A DNA stretch of 64,000 bases from Promethearchaeota archaeon (GCA_030599585.1 JAUVNS010000006.1:236430-300429), one strand, 5' to 3'. Shown: positions 52,064-63,181, counted from the stretch's first letter. Program-made: numbers and translations. The notes: a model not told the origin generated them from the letters alone.

Positions 52064-54052
52064 ATGACAAGCCCTATACCCACAAATATCCCGGGAGTTT
52101 CTAAACAACTCGTGTTCCCTCAAACTGGTGCCGATGCGAATATCCTTAGAAATGAATTATTTAAATCAGGATTGATCAAGATGGCCCAGAAGGACATTCA
52201 TGGGGCAATTAAAGCTTGGACAAAACTTTCTAAAAAACAACCTAATTCTTTCGAAGTATGGAGCGGTTTGGGCAAAGCATATTTTCAAATTAAAAACACT
52301 ACTGAAGCTAAAAGATGTTTGAAAAAATCGTTAAATATTCACCCTACCAACCCCTTGGATTGGGAATATCTGGGAATGACTTTAACTCAAGAAGCTATGG
52401 AATCTAAAGATATAGATTACTCAATGAAATATATTATGCCTGAAACTATTGAGTGTTTCGAAAACGCATTGAAATATAATCCTGAGAAGCATAATTTGAA
52501 GTTTAAAATTGGAATTCTTTACGCTTCTATAGGAAAATTCGATAAAGCACAATTTCACGTAGAAAATTACCTAAAGGTGAAACCAAAAGATTCTGAAGCA
52601 CATCTAGCTCTTAAAAGGATAAAACAACAAAAAAAAGAAGTTGAAAATGCAAGAAATGATTCCAGAAGTCAAACCACTTCTGCCACCGAACTCCTAAATG
52701 TTAAATTTAAATCAAAGAAAACTTCACTACTTTTTGATAACGGTATGAATTACATAAGAAATCGTAATATAAATGAAGCAATCAAAAGTTTTCAAGAGAC
52801 TCTTAAACAAGAACCGAATCATAAAGTAGTAATTGAAAAGCTAGGATTAGCTTATAGGATGGGAAATCAACCACAAAACGCTATTAAAAGTTTTGAAAAA
52901 CTTTTCGAATTAGATTCAACGAATATGCTCGCTTTAGATAATTTATTGGATTTATACGCAATGCTCAATGATAAAGAAAACCAAGGAAGAACAATTACCA
53001 GGATAAAAAATTCCAGTAGTAAATATAATGATTACATGATAAACATTGGCGAAGCTTTTGTAAAGGATGGCTCAATGGATGGAGGAATAAAATATTTTGT
53101 AAAAGTACTCCTTTTAACTCCAAATCACGAGGGCGCAATAAAAAGAATAAGCGATCTTACTAAACACCCAGATTTCAAATCTAAAGTCAATCAAAACACC
53201 AGAAATGTTATTCAGGAGATGTTATCTAAATCAGTAGCGTTTAACGTAAAAAATACAGCAGAACCTATTGTTTGTAATAAATGTTTCATATCAGTGACTC
53301 CAAATCTTAAATATTGTCCTCAGTGTGGCAACGATCTTAAAGTACCTAAAGGAACTCAATCAGTTAGCCTTGATGAACTAAGCAAAACTAGAAAGGAACA
53401 AGAAAAAAAGTATCCTGGTTCACCCATCGGGAAAAAAATTGAGAAAAAAATCACCATCGATTTATATAATAAAGCAGGTAAACTAAAGTCCCAAGGACGA
53501 TATGCAGAAGCCATCAGCGCGTTAAATGAAGCTATTAAACATGAACCTAATGTTCCAATGCTTCATGAACAACTTGGTATATGTTTTCTTCTAAAAAATG
53601 ATCTCTCAACTGCGATCACTCATTTGAATAAAAGTATTGAACTGAATCCATATCAAATTATGGCATGGGAGGCTTTAATAAGTATTTACGTTAAACAAGG
53701 AAATACCCCAAAATCAAATGAAATCTTCCAAAAATTATTGAGTTTCGGTCCAATATACGCTAATTTTCTGGTGGATACCGGAAAACAAGCCTTCGAAAAC
53801 AGAATGACGCAAGAAGCAGCAAACTGCTGGAAGAAAGCATTAATGGCAGACCCAAATAATAAAGAAGCTCAAATCCATTTATCTATGGTGGAAATGACGC
53901 TCTCCATGGATAAGGAACTCGACAAATTCAAGGGAGATTATAAAAGAGCTGTTGAATACTATAGAAAAAAGCTGGATTTAGACCCAAACGATGAAACGAC
54001 GGCGCGCCTCCTTAGATGGGCTGAAATGAAATCTCTTGGGATCAAATTTTAA
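52064..54052 (+). CDS. TPR protein with internal zinc ribbon
   Basis: TPRs and CNKC...CPQCG; C-terminus paralogous to 48450-49226. Confidence 0.85.
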   Translation: MTSPIPTNIPGVSKQLVFPQTGADANILRNELFKSGLIKMAQKDIHGAIKAWTKLSKKQPNSFEVWSGLGKAYFQIKNTTEAKRCLKKSLNIHPTNPLDWEYLGMTLTQEAMESKDIDYSMKYIMPETIECFENALKYNPEKHNLKFKIGILYASIGKFDKAQFHVENYLKVKPKDSEAHLALKRIKQQKKEVENARNDSRSQTTSATELLNVKFKSKKTSLLFDNGMNYIRNRNINEAIKSFQETLKQEPNHKVVIEKLGLAYRMGNQPQNAIKSFEKLFELDSTNMLALDNLLDLYAMLNDKENQGRTITRIKNSSSKYNDYMINIGEAFVKDGSMDGGIKYFVKVLLLTPNHEGAIKRISDLTKHPDFKSKVNQNTRNVIQEMLSKSVAFNVKNTAEPIVCNKCFISVTPNLKYCPQCGNDLKVPKGTQSVSLDELSKTRKEQEKKYPGSPIGKKIEKKITIDLYNKAGKLKSQGRYAEAISALNEAIKHEPNVPMLHEQLGICFLLKNDLSTAITHLNKSIELNPYQIMAWEALISIYVKQGNTPKSNEIFQKLLSFGPIYANFLVDTGKQAFENRMTQEAANCWKKALMADPNNKEAQIHLSMVEMTLSMDKELDKFKGDYKRAVEYYRKKLDLDPNDETTARLLRWAEMKSLGIKF

Positions 54053-54267
54053 AAGGATTTTTATTATTTTATTTTTTTTTTATTCTAAATACATGAATAC
54101 CGAACTTCATTAAATTCCATAGCAAGATTGTTAGCACCTTAATTTAGTATTTTTATAAGGGCTTGTGATTTAATTAGAACTATAGATTATTTTATCTCTA
54201 GAAATCTCTTAATAAAGAAAAAATGTAATTACTTGGCTAACCATAATTACCTTTAAAATATTGACAG

Positions 54268-55779
54268 ATGAAAAGAACAAAATTATTTGCTCTTGGTACG
54301 ATAATAACAGCAATTTCTGCATTATCTATATCATCTACCATTATAATAATAAATAGCCCAGATAATATTCCACCATTGGTTACTATTTCGACGCCAAGTG
54401 AAGATGAGCATCTTTCTGGAATAATTCCAATATCTTTTACTGCAACCGATCAACAAGGTATTATACAAGAGCTCCAAATTTGGATTGATGATGTCCTTGT
54501 TCAAACATCCGCTTATAACTATGATTGGGATACAACGCAGGAAGAGGATGGTGCCCATACAATATCGTGTCGAGCAAAAGACAGGACAGTTTGGGGTACT
54601 GCGGATGTTTCAGTAATTATTGATAATATTGAAGAACCAGAGCCAGATGGTATTTCACCAAATGTTATAATATTATCTCCTAACGCAGGGTCAACTGTTT
54701 CAGATACTATAACAATTACTATGGAGGCTACTGATGCTAATGGGATCAGTTCTTACGCAATTTGTATTGATGATGTTTATAGATCAGGTTTAAATTCCTA
54801 CTCTTGGAATACAACGCAAGAAAGTGATGGTTTTCATAACATTCTCTGTAAGGCTACAGATCCATCTGGTAACAACGGTTCTGATACAATATCCGTAAAA
54901 GTAAATAATTCCCAGATTAGTCTTACTCCTCCAATAATTTTTAAATTAATGACATTTAACATAAAAGAGAGCGGGGAAGACCTTGCTTACCCTGATTGGA
55001 AAACGGTTGTAAAAGAAGAGAATGCAGATATAATTTTGTTCATAGAAACTGGATATTGGGACGACAATAGCAATCAAAAGTTAAATCAATATCTAAATGA
55101 GTTTAACACATATTTTACAGACGAAAATCCATATATCGGATATTGCACTCAAGGAATAACATATGGAAATGATGGAGCGGCAGTTATGAGTCGCTTTCCT
55201 GTTATTGGTTATAATCAAATTACTCATGTCCCGCTCGATAATACTACTAGTTATGATGTTACTAGTGACTTCTTTGATGTAGAAGTTAATGTAACCGGAA
55301 CATTCATACATATTATTGGGTCTCATTTAAAGGCATTTCCTGGAGCTGAATATGAACAAAAAAGAGAATGGGAACAAGAAGGAATTATTAATTATATGGA
55401 TAACTTAGGAAATATACCAATGATTTATCTAGGTGATTTAAACTCTTTTTCTCCAGAGGATTGGGGTCTAAATACTTTCCAGAGCGGTCTAGGCTACGGT
55501 CCTTTAAGTATGATGGTTTCCCCCTATGTTAATCCTGACAATGGAGGTGATTATAGTGGTTATTCTTCTACAATTCATAGCTGGACTGATGTACATAGGA
55601 CTTTGAATCCTACAGATTGGGGTATTACTTATCCCGGCATATATAATTCCCGTATCGATTTTATTTATGTCAATCAATTATTAGCTTCCTATCTTGTCAA
55701 CTCGACCACGGGAGATACCATACATGCCATTTCTGGCTCAGATCATTTTACTGTAGATGCATATTTTAAACTAGTCTAA
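54268..55779 (+). CDS. Surface-anchored Ig-like domains plus EEP (DNase I-like) nuclease/phosphatase
   Basis: N-terminal TM, two Big-type repeats (W.TTQE.DG.H.I.C.A.D), and MTFNI, GDLN, RIDFI and SDH motifs. Confidence 0.88.
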   Translation: MKRTKLFALGTIITAISALSISSTIIIINSPDNIPPLVTISTPSEDEHLSGIIPISFTATDQQGIIQELQIWIDDVLVQTSAYNYDWDTTQEEDGAHTISCRAKDRTVWGTADVSVIIDNIEEPEPDGISPNVIILSPNAGSTVSDTITITMEATDANGISSYAICIDDVYRSGLNSYSWNTTQESDGFHNILCKATDPSGNNGSDTISVKVNNSQISLTPPIIFKLMTFNIKESGEDLAYPDWKTVVKEENADIILFIETGYWDDNSNQKLNQYLNEFNTYFTDENPYIGYCTQGITYGNDGAAVMSRFPVIGYNQITHVPLDNTTSYDVTSDFFDVEVNVTGTFIHIIGSHLKAFPGAEYEQKREWEQEGIINYMDNLGNIPMIYLGDLNSFSPEDWGLNTFQSGLGYGPLSMMVSPYVNPDNGGDYSGYSSTIHSWTDVHRTLNPTDWGITYPGIYNSRIDFIYVNQLLASYLVNSTTGDTIHAISGSDHFTVDAYFKLV

Positions 55780-55794
55780 GAATGAAATTTTAAA

Positions 55795-56742
55795 TTATGA
55801 ATTTTTTAAATAAGTTATATATCTTCTAATTTTTCCAAATAATTCCACTCGGTCTTTATTTAGATTTTCAATTCTTAACCGTTCTGAATCTCTTAGACCT
55901 TCTTTATTATGTCCGAATGCATGGAAATCAAAAAAATATTTACAAGGCCTCATTCTAGCTATTACATTTCCTTTATATTTGAATACAATATAGTTTACTT
56001 TTGGTATTTCCTCTATATCCTTAGACAGGAGTTTTATTTTTTTTTCAGTATCATTAAAATAACTTCTCAATTCTTGAGTTTTAATATGATTTCTATGATC
56101 TTCTAATGTTGTAATCATTTTTTTACTTTTTTTCTTACAATTTTCTTCTCCAATTTCCTCTGGTATTATTGAAGTAGAGGCAATAATTTCTTCTCCATTA
56201 GCTGTCTTACCATATGTGATCACAACAGCATTAATAAGCACTTTAAATTTCTCTGATAACCAAGAGATCATTCTTTCTAAGGATTCAGTTATATAAGTAC
56301 CCACTAGCAAGATTCTCTGAGTATTATTAATAGATATATTATCCCAATTGATTCCTTTATCTGGGAAGTTTTCTATGATAAATTCTACTAAATTATTTCT
56401 TGTATATGACCTACAAAGTTCATCTAATTCTTCAATACACCGTGATCCTATATCTGAAGCATAATCAATTGCCTGAGTTATAACCTTCCGATATAACTTA
56501 CCTCGCTTAAGTTCAATTATAACAATATTTCCATTCTTGTCAATAGCAAGAAAATCTATAGGTCCACTTTTTGTTTTTATTTGATTCCCAATTATTAATA
56601 AATTTTCTCCAAGAATTTCAGGTGTTTTTTTGATCCATTCTTCAAGATCATCTTTTTCTTTCCTTCCTTCTTGTTCTAGTGTTTTTTTAATTGGACATGG
56701 TTCCTTTTCTTTTATTTGCCAAATCTCAACTTTTATTGTCAT
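55795..56742 (-). CDS. NucS/DUF91-like PD-(D/E)xK endonuclease domain protein
   Basis: E..LE.WI...P, IDFLAIDKNG..VIIELKR and QAIDY motifs. Confidence 0.8.
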   Translation of the reverse strand: MTIKVEIWQIKEKEPCPIKKTLEQEGRKEKDDLEEWIKKTPEILGENLLIIGNQIKTKSGPIDFLAIDKNGNIVIIELKRGKLYRKVITQAIDYASDIGSRCIEELDELCRSYTRNNLVEFIIENFPDKGINWDNISINNTQRILLVGTYITESLERMISWLSEKFKVLINAVVITYGKTANGEEIIASTSIIPEEIGEENCKKKSKKMITTLEDHRNHIKTQELRSYFNDTEKKIKLLSKDIEEIPKVNYIVFKYKGNVIARMRPCKYFFDFHAFGHNKEGLRDSERLRIENLNKDRVELFGKIRRYITYLKNS

Positions 56743-57150
56743 TGAATTCCTTATTAATCTTATTTGATTGGAATTTTATTATTATTGTTAAAAAAAACAT
56801 CGTTTTTAAATGAATTTGTTGATAGATATTTGAAGAAAAAATCAACAATCCCCCCAAATTAGAATCTAACATTATCAAATTACTAGATGAAAATAAATTA
56901 ATAAAAAGTCAGCAATTAATCAATGATGGAATCATTCGCATAACAACAAACTAAAATAAAATTACAATGAATAATCTAAGGAAAAAAAAGCATTAAATTT
57001 TCTTGAAAAAGTCTACTAATTGGAGTTTAACATATAGATTAAAAAAAATGTATTAAAACTAGTTCAAGAACAGAAATCCTCTATAAATTAGTTGATGTAG
57101 AGGAGTCATGAAATAACCAAATTTTTCATAAATCATCTTTAAGATTTATT

Positions 57151-59445
57151 TTATATCTTATTTAAACTCTTTAATAGACTAATCCCATTTTCGTTTAGTT
57201 TAATAGATGCGCTTGATATATTCTCTATGTAATCACTTTCTTTTTTTAACCATCTAAATCCTTCTTTAACTTCTTCATCTCTAAAATTTGTTAATTTACC
57301 TTTTAAATAATTAAAAGTACTCTGCCACTTGAATCGGCCAGATCTTCTATACATAAATAACAAGATATCCTCAATAGCATTAGGATATATTTTCTTAACT
57401 TTCTGTTCGTGAATCACTTTAACTACGCTTTCTTCTATAGGTTCAATTTCAGGTACCTTCACTGGTGGCTTACCTAAGGATTTCTCTATTTTTGGTGGTT
57501 CAAATGTTTCTAATGTAGGTTGAAATTTTGGTGTAATTGATATTTTTGGTAATCTTTTTACATTTTCAAAAAATTCACCAATATCTATTCCTAAGCTACT
57601 TTTTAATAATATCTTTACATACGAAGGATTTAACTTCCTACCAAATATATCTTCATAAAAGACTAACATAGATAAATAAGCTTGTTGGGATTTTGTTAAT
57701 GGATAAACTCCACCAACTCGGTTTGGATATTTTTCTGTTAATTCAGAAAGTAATGTTTTTGAAAAATCTGAAGTTGTAACAAAATAGACAAAATCAATCT
57801 TTTTTTGTTCTAGTAATTTTTTAGAAGTTTTTATATGGCCAGTTAAAACACTACTCTTTTCTTCGTATATTTTTACCTGAAATTCTATTTTTTTCATTTC
57901 TCCAATGTTATACTTAGAGGCTAACGTAATTACTATATCAGGTCTAATATTTTTATACTTTGAATTGTCCTTTATTCTTATTTGAGGGTTATTTTCTATT
58001 CCGTAAATGTTATAACTTGGATCTGTTCTTAAAACTGTAAAAGCTTTTTGTAAAGCATTTTCTACTAAAGTAGAACGTTTTCCAGCAGTTTTAATTTTAC
58101 TGCTCCATAACTTGTTATAAAGAATGTCTATTTCATACTCATCTAAAACAATATCTTTCTTAAATTTGTGCATTATTTTAAAGGCATCAGAAATATATTC
58201 TACTTCATTTCTATTACGAAATTCTTCCCAATAGTCATTCAAATAAATTTTCAAATTTCGTATATTTTTAGCAGAAATTCTATAAAGATATTCAATTGCT
58301 TCGGGGCTAAAAGGATATAATGAATATTCCACAGGCAAACTAATAGAATTTTCGTTGAATAATCTATTTAAATGTTTTTTAATAATCTCTTTTATCTGAA
58401 TGAGTTCTAGAAATTTCAATGAAATATTGTTTGATGAAAATAAACCCTGGAATTGATTATAATAATCGCTATTTTTTAAAAAGGATGTAAATTCCATCCA
58501 TGTTGATGATGTTCCAATAATTACTAAAAGAGTTCTTGTAACTTTATTTCGAAAATCAAGAAGCATGTTTATGAAATTTATAAATTTCTCTTCTTTCTCA
58601 GTCCCTAATAAAGATTCAATATTATCTATACCTATTACAATTCCTACTTTTTTACTTCCATATAACCATCCGATTAGATTTGTTACAGTATTAAATATTT
58701 TGGAAGCATCAGTCTTATTTTTAATTAATTTGCCCTTTCCAATTTCAATTCCACTTAATTCATTTACAGCATTAATAGAAATATCAAAATCAGGATTTAA
58801 AACAAGCCATAGCTTTTCTAAAAATTGCCAATCAAAAATGAAATCTTCTTTGGTTTTTAGAACTCTGTAATATTTCTTAACAATAGCAACACATTCTTTA
58901 TATTTCTCAATATTATCAGATAATTCTATAAAATTTTCTATATCTTTCACATTTTTAATAGGATTATCGGCATGATATTTTGAATCTATTATTTCTAATA
59001 CTTTTTTTAAAGTGTAAAATGCTAATTCATCAAAAAAAGATGATTTTCCTAAATTTTGCATTACTTCACTATAAATATATAAGATATTACAATATTCAGT
59101 GTCTTCAGGTGCATCCAAAAAAACAGTATCGAGTTTATAATCCTCATATAGATCAATTAAATGATATTTTTTTTGTTTAATAGATCTAAAAATATGAGCA
59201 TATAAGGTTGATTTACCACTACCGCCAGCACCTTCAATATAGAGCGCAACACAGCTTTCATTTTCTACCACACGCTTAATTGTTTCAACGACTACTTTTA
59301 TTTCATCTGTTCTACCCACGAAAACTTCAGGAATATTACTCTTGGTCGTAGTTTGAAGAATAAAAGGACTTGGATTTCTCAATATTATTTCGTCAATTCT
59401 CTTTTTATCCGGAAATAACTTTTTTGAAAATAATCCCTTTTCCAT
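57151..59445 (-). CDS. AAA+ ATPase fused to a restriction-endonuclease-like (PD-(D/E)xK) domain and a C-terminal wHTH
   Basis: FVGR, Walker A GAGGSGKST, Walker B IGIDNIE, YPF; later RPDIVI...IEFQVK and FVTTSDFS. Confidence 0.75.
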   Translation of the reverse strand: MEKGLFSKKLFPDKKRIDEIILRNPSPFILQTTTKSNIPEVFVGRTDEIKVVVETIKRVVENESCVALYIEGAGGSGKSTLYAHIFRSIKQKKYHLIDLYEDYKLDTVFLDAPEDTEYCNILYIYSEVMQNLGKSSFFDELAFYTLKKVLEIIDSKYHADNPIKNVKDIENFIELSDNIEKYKECVAIVKKYYRVLKTKEDFIFDWQFLEKLWLVLNPDFDISINAVNELSGIEIGKGKLIKNKTDASKIFNTVTNLIGWLYGSKKVGIVIGIDNIESLLGTEKEEKFINFINMLLDFRNKVTRTLLVIIGTSSTWMEFTSFLKNSDYYNQFQGLFSSNNISLKFLELIQIKEIIKKHLNRLFNENSISLPVEYSLYPFSPEAIEYLYRISAKNIRNLKIYLNDYWEEFRNRNEVEYISDAFKIMHKFKKDIVLDEYEIDILYNKLWSSKIKTAGKRSTLVENALQKAFTVLRTDPSYNIYGIENNPQIRIKDNSKYKNIRPDIVITLASKYNIGEMKKIEFQVKIYEEKSSVLTGHIKTSKKLLEQKKIDFVYFVTTSDFSKTLLSELTEKYPNRVGGVYPLTKSQQAYLSMLVFYEDIFGRKLNPSYVKILLKSSLGIDIGEFFENVKRLPKISITPKFQPTLETFEPPKIEKSLGKPPVKVPEIEPIEESVVKVIHEQKVKKIYPNAIEDILLFMYRRSGRFKWQSTFNYLKGKLTNFRDEEVKEGFRWLKKESDYIENISSASIKLNENGISLLKSLNKI

Positions 59446-59465
59446 TTACATATCCCCTAAATCAT

Positions 59466-59981
59466 TTAATCTAAAATTCTGATAAGCTTGAACACATTAC
59501 CATAGTTATCTTTAATGGAAAAGTCATCCACACTCGTTCCAGATTCTAACTGAACTTTATTAATATTATTTAGTTTAATTAAAAAATTAGAAAATGTGTT
59601 TCTTGAAATATCATAGTCTTTTTTTATTTCCTTAAATAAATCACTTAGAAGTACTTTTTGAATACCGAGACTCTTTTGAGATAATTCGAGAACTTTTTGA
59701 TTAATAATCTCCAAAAATTGACCTTCATTATGTATTTCTGATCTAATTACTTGCCCCAATTTCAATTCAGTAAAATTTCGTTCTAACCTATTTAAACGAT
59801 TTTCAATTATATCTAATCGTTTTATAATTTCTCCTGATTCCTCGATTTTTATAGATTTTGTAACTGTTCTTGTAGTTTTTTTTAACGGGGGTTTTCCTGT
59901 ACAACTATCTATATGCCGTTGATAGTAGGCTCCTTTTGTCTTATAAGGTTTTCCGCATTTTGGGCATTTATACATTACCAA
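59466..59981 (-). CDS. C2HC zinc finger, coiled-coil and wHTH protein
   Basis: YKCPKCGKPY...HIDSC, heptad RLDIIENRLNRLE, C-terminal winged-helix pattern. Confidence 0.7.
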   Translation of the reverse strand: MVMYKCPKCGKPYKTKGAYYQRHIDSCTGKPPLKKTTRTVTKSIKIEESGEIIKRLDIIENRLNRLERNFTELKLGQVIRSEIHNEGQFLEIINQKVLELSQKSLGIQKVLLSDLFKEIKKDYDISRNTFSNFLIKLNNINKVQLESGTSVDDFSIKDNYGNVFKLIRILD

Positions 59982-59988
59982 GTTTATA

Positions 59989-61869
59989 TCACCTTGAACT
60001 TTTATCTAAATTTTCATTATATAAACGTGCTTTTTCGTAAAATAAATTAAAGTAATTATATTGTAGAGCGAATGGTTTACCATCATAGTGAGCAATTCCT
60101 CCTTCATTTTCTATGTACTCTTTTTCAGTATCATTTAATTTTTTGTATAAGCCTTTTGTAATTTGAGATTTCCATTCATCCGAAAAAATTTGGGCTCTAG
60201 CTTTTATATCAATTCCTTTTTCATTTAAAAATTCATTTAATTTAACAAAAAGACCTTCTTCAATTTTATCAAATGATGTTATTTCATTTAGGATTTTGTT
60301 GAGTAGATTGTTTTTAGATTGAATTTCTCTTGCTTTATTTGGTTCAGCAATTTTTTCAAAATTTAATACTTGAACGGGAAGAACGAAGGGTTGGCTAGAT
60401 GCCCACATATAAGCTTTACCTTTTATTGGCTCATTTAGTATTTGGGTTAAAATATCGCCAGAAAAATGAGCATTAGAATCCGATAATGTTTGTAAATCAC
60501 CCTTACTTAATAGATGAAAGACAAAAAAATTGTCTGCTTGACTTAATATATCTCTTGAAATGCTTCCTGGTTGTTGAGTAATGAAAATTCCTCCTAATTG
60601 ATATTTACGCCCTTCTTTTGCCAATTCAACGAATTTTGCTACATTTGTTTGACCTCCAATAACTGATTGAGCCTCTTCCATTACAAAAGTAATTTTGTCT
60701 AAATCTTCACTACCGCCCGTAAATTTCCGTTGATTTCGGTTAAAAAAGTGACTAATTACAATTGAGGACAACTGTAATGCCGCATGTGAATCTAATAAAG
60801 AAATATCAATAATTAACGGATAACCCGATTTAACAGATTGTTCAATGATTTTTAATAAATGAGAATCTGGATCATGCAATTTTTTTATAGGTGGAATAAG
60901 ATTGTTCATAATGGGAATAGCACTGCTAATATCATCCATTTCCATTATACTTGCTATCTCACTATTATCAGCTCTCCATTTATTTTCGTACAGATAATCT
61001 ACGAGTTTAATCCAATGATCTTGTTCTAAGCCCATTAATTTCTGAAAGAAAATAAATTCATGTTTAACTTGATTTACTAAAATAGGAATAATAAACCCAG
61101 GATGGAATTTCCTCAAATCGAATTTTAGATTATCGTACACATTAATATCAATCTCTTCTTTAATTTTTCTTCGATTTGTAATAAGAACAGCAGGGATTAA
61201 ATCCATGATGCCGGGACGTTCTTTTTTATCAGTGATAGAATACTCACCTTCAGGATCAAATATAACCAAACTTCCGTATTCGCTTTTCCAGTAAGATGCT
61301 AATACTTTCATAAGATTACTTTTACCATAACCTGCTCGTGCGAAAATAAAAGTCCGTTTTCCAATTAACTGCTCCATATCAAAATGAATTTTTATATTGT
61401 CATCAAGCCAATAATTACCTATATGAATTCCTTTTTCCATTTCCCTTAAAGCTTGATTACATATTGCTTCAACTATTTCACTATTAGGTCGAATAACTTT
61501 ACTGGTTATATGTGGAATATTTTTTATTCCAGGAGTAAAATTTTTTAAATCTTTGCTTAATCTACCAAGTAATTTGATTTTAACTTGATAACTTACTTTT
61601 CTAGTTTTAATGTCCTGACCAATTAGATCAGGTGTTAAAGCAACTTCAGATAACCATTTTAATCCCATAAAAGAAACCATTTCGCCCTGCGGAACGTAAT
61701 CCTTAACTCTTGCAACGATATATTCATCGCTATTGTCAATTAATAGAAAACCTCCCATAATTGGAGCAAAACGATACTGAAAAGGGGCAATTATACTAGC
61801 TATATATTCATATCTAGAGCTATCAAGCCCAATAAAAACCCCGATAATATCTCCATGATTTTTAGACAT
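59989..61869 (-). CDS. HerA/FtsK family ATPase (DUF87)
   Basis: N-terminal HAS-barrel-like region, RAGYGKS, FDPEGEY, MEEAQ, AKEGRKY and ITQQP motifs. Confidence 0.9.
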   Translation of the reverse strand: MSKNHGDIIGVFIGLDSSRYEYIASIIAPFQYRFAPIMGGFLLIDNSDEYIVARVKDYVPQGEMVSFMGLKWLSEVALTPDLIGQDIKTRKVSYQVKIKLLGRLSKDLKNFTPGIKNIPHITSKVIRPNSEIVEAICNQALREMEKGIHIGNYWLDDNIKIHFDMEQLIGKRTFIFARAGYGKSNLMKVLASYWKSEYGSLVIFDPEGEYSITDKKERPGIMDLIPAVLITNRRKIKEEIDINVYDNLKFDLRKFHPGFIIPILVNQVKHEFIFFQKLMGLEQDHWIKLVDYLYENKWRADNSEIASIMEMDDISSAIPIMNNLIPPIKKLHDPDSHLLKIIEQSVKSGYPLIIDISLLDSHAALQLSSIVISHFFNRNQRKFTGGSEDLDKITFVMEEAQSVIGGQTNVAKFVELAKEGRKYQLGGIFITQQPGSISRDILSQADNFFVFHLLSKGDLQTLSDSNAHFSGDILTQILNEPIKGKAYMWASSQPFVLPVQVLNFEKIAEPNKAREIQSKNNLLNKILNEITSFDKIEEGLFVKLNEFLNEKGIDIKARAQIFSDEWKSQITKGLYKKLNDTEKEYIENEGGIAHYDGKPFALQYNYFNLFYEKARLYNENLDKSSR

Positions 61870-61872
61870 TCT

Positions 61873-62943
61873 TTAAGTTCCTCCTAAAACACCTTTTTTC
61901 ACATATTCTCTTAAAAAATTTCCTTCTATTATTAATTTCTTGAGTCTTTGACTACCTAAATTTTCTAAGATTTTATCAATTATTTTCTCGCTCCAAATCG
62001 AGGCTGTAAATCCCTTTCTCACAGCTTTCTCATGAGCCCTCATTATAGTCTGAGGATAACCCAATACTGGATAAGAACCCATCGAATCTTTTATTAAATG
62101 ACCAAAAATTTCGTTAGTATCTCTTCTAGAATAAATTTCTTCATTATTCTTAAGATCAAATGGAATTTCAACTGTCACGAGTAACTTGCTTAGTTTTGAT
62201 AGTTTTGCTACATACAATTTGCCAAAAGCTTGAGTTAATCGTTTCTTGGTCATCCATTTGTAAGCAATTTTTTCGATTTCCCAGGGAATTTCTATATAAC
62301 CTGTTGCATTATCGGGAATTTTATTTTCTACATATAAAGCTGAAGATATAAGATTTAAGACTTTGGAACTTTTTGATACACCAATTAACTTTCTTCTTTT
62401 AAAAACCTTCAAAATTGCTAATAACTTTTCAATATTCTCCCTTTTAAGGGATTTAGTTCTTAACAATCCATCTTTCATAATTATTAAGGGCTCATTTTTT
62501 TCTTTAATTAATTTTGTAAAAATTGAAGCGATCTCTGCTATTTCCATCGCAATCTTTGAATTTTGTAATATTCCTGAACTTTCTGTTATCGAATTTAAAC
62601 CCAAGAGCTTTAGAAGGGTTTTAATTTCATGAAAATCGTTCATATAATTAAAATCAATCGGGCTAAGATCTGCTCCTTTAGGTACCAAAAACTTAATTAG
62701 TTCATTTCCATACGAATCCGAAATAACAATATAATCTAATTCAAACGGATAAAAAGAGATGCCCATTTTACCTCCGTCAATAGATTTGTAAGTAACCGAG
62801 CTATATGTTCCAATAGATTCAACAGGAATAAACTCTAAATCCTTTACTAAATCCCTCAGATTTTGAAATTTTACTACTTGGTCTCTAATAACCTTTTCAA
62901 TATTTTGAATTTCACCTAACTCGAATCTGAATTCAGGCTCCAT
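61873..62943 (-). CDS. NurA-family nuclease
   Basis: SIDGG, MKDGLL, GVSK and GYP...AH motifs; directly upstream of HerA. Confidence 0.8.
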   Translation of the reverse strand: MEPEFRFELGEIQNIEKVIRDQVVKFQNLRDLVKDLEFIPVESIGTYSSVTYKSIDGGKMGISFYPFELDYIVISDSYGNELIKFLVPKGADLSPIDFNYMNDFHEIKTLLKLLGLNSITESSGILQNSKIAMEIAEIASIFTKLIKEKNEPLIIMKDGLLRTKSLKRENIEKLLAILKVFKRRKLIGVSKSSKVLNLISSALYVENKIPDNATGYIEIPWEIEKIAYKWMTKKRLTQAFGKLYVAKLSKLSKLLVTVEIPFDLKNNEEIYSRRDTNEIFGHLIKDSMGSYPVLGYPQTIMRAHEKAVRKGFTASIWSEKIIDKILENLGSQRLKKLIIEGNFLREYVKKGVLGGT

Positions 62944-63181
62944 TTGCTAATTCAACAGTTATTTTAGTTAATAAATCGGATAAATGTAAAATACAATCTT
63001 GTATAAATGTTATATATTAATATTATTGGTTGATTTTTATATAAAACTTCATGACAGATAATAATTGATTGAAATTTTTATGGAAACTTCACAAAATTAA
63101 AGAATAGAATAGAAAAAAAAGAAAATAAATAATAATCCAAAAATATAGGCTAATATTAAAGAAGAAGAATTCATATCAAAA

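Noticed and set aside
56743-57150. Possible gene remnant between the NucS-like and AAA genes
   Set aside because: Only short broken frames without recognisable motifs.
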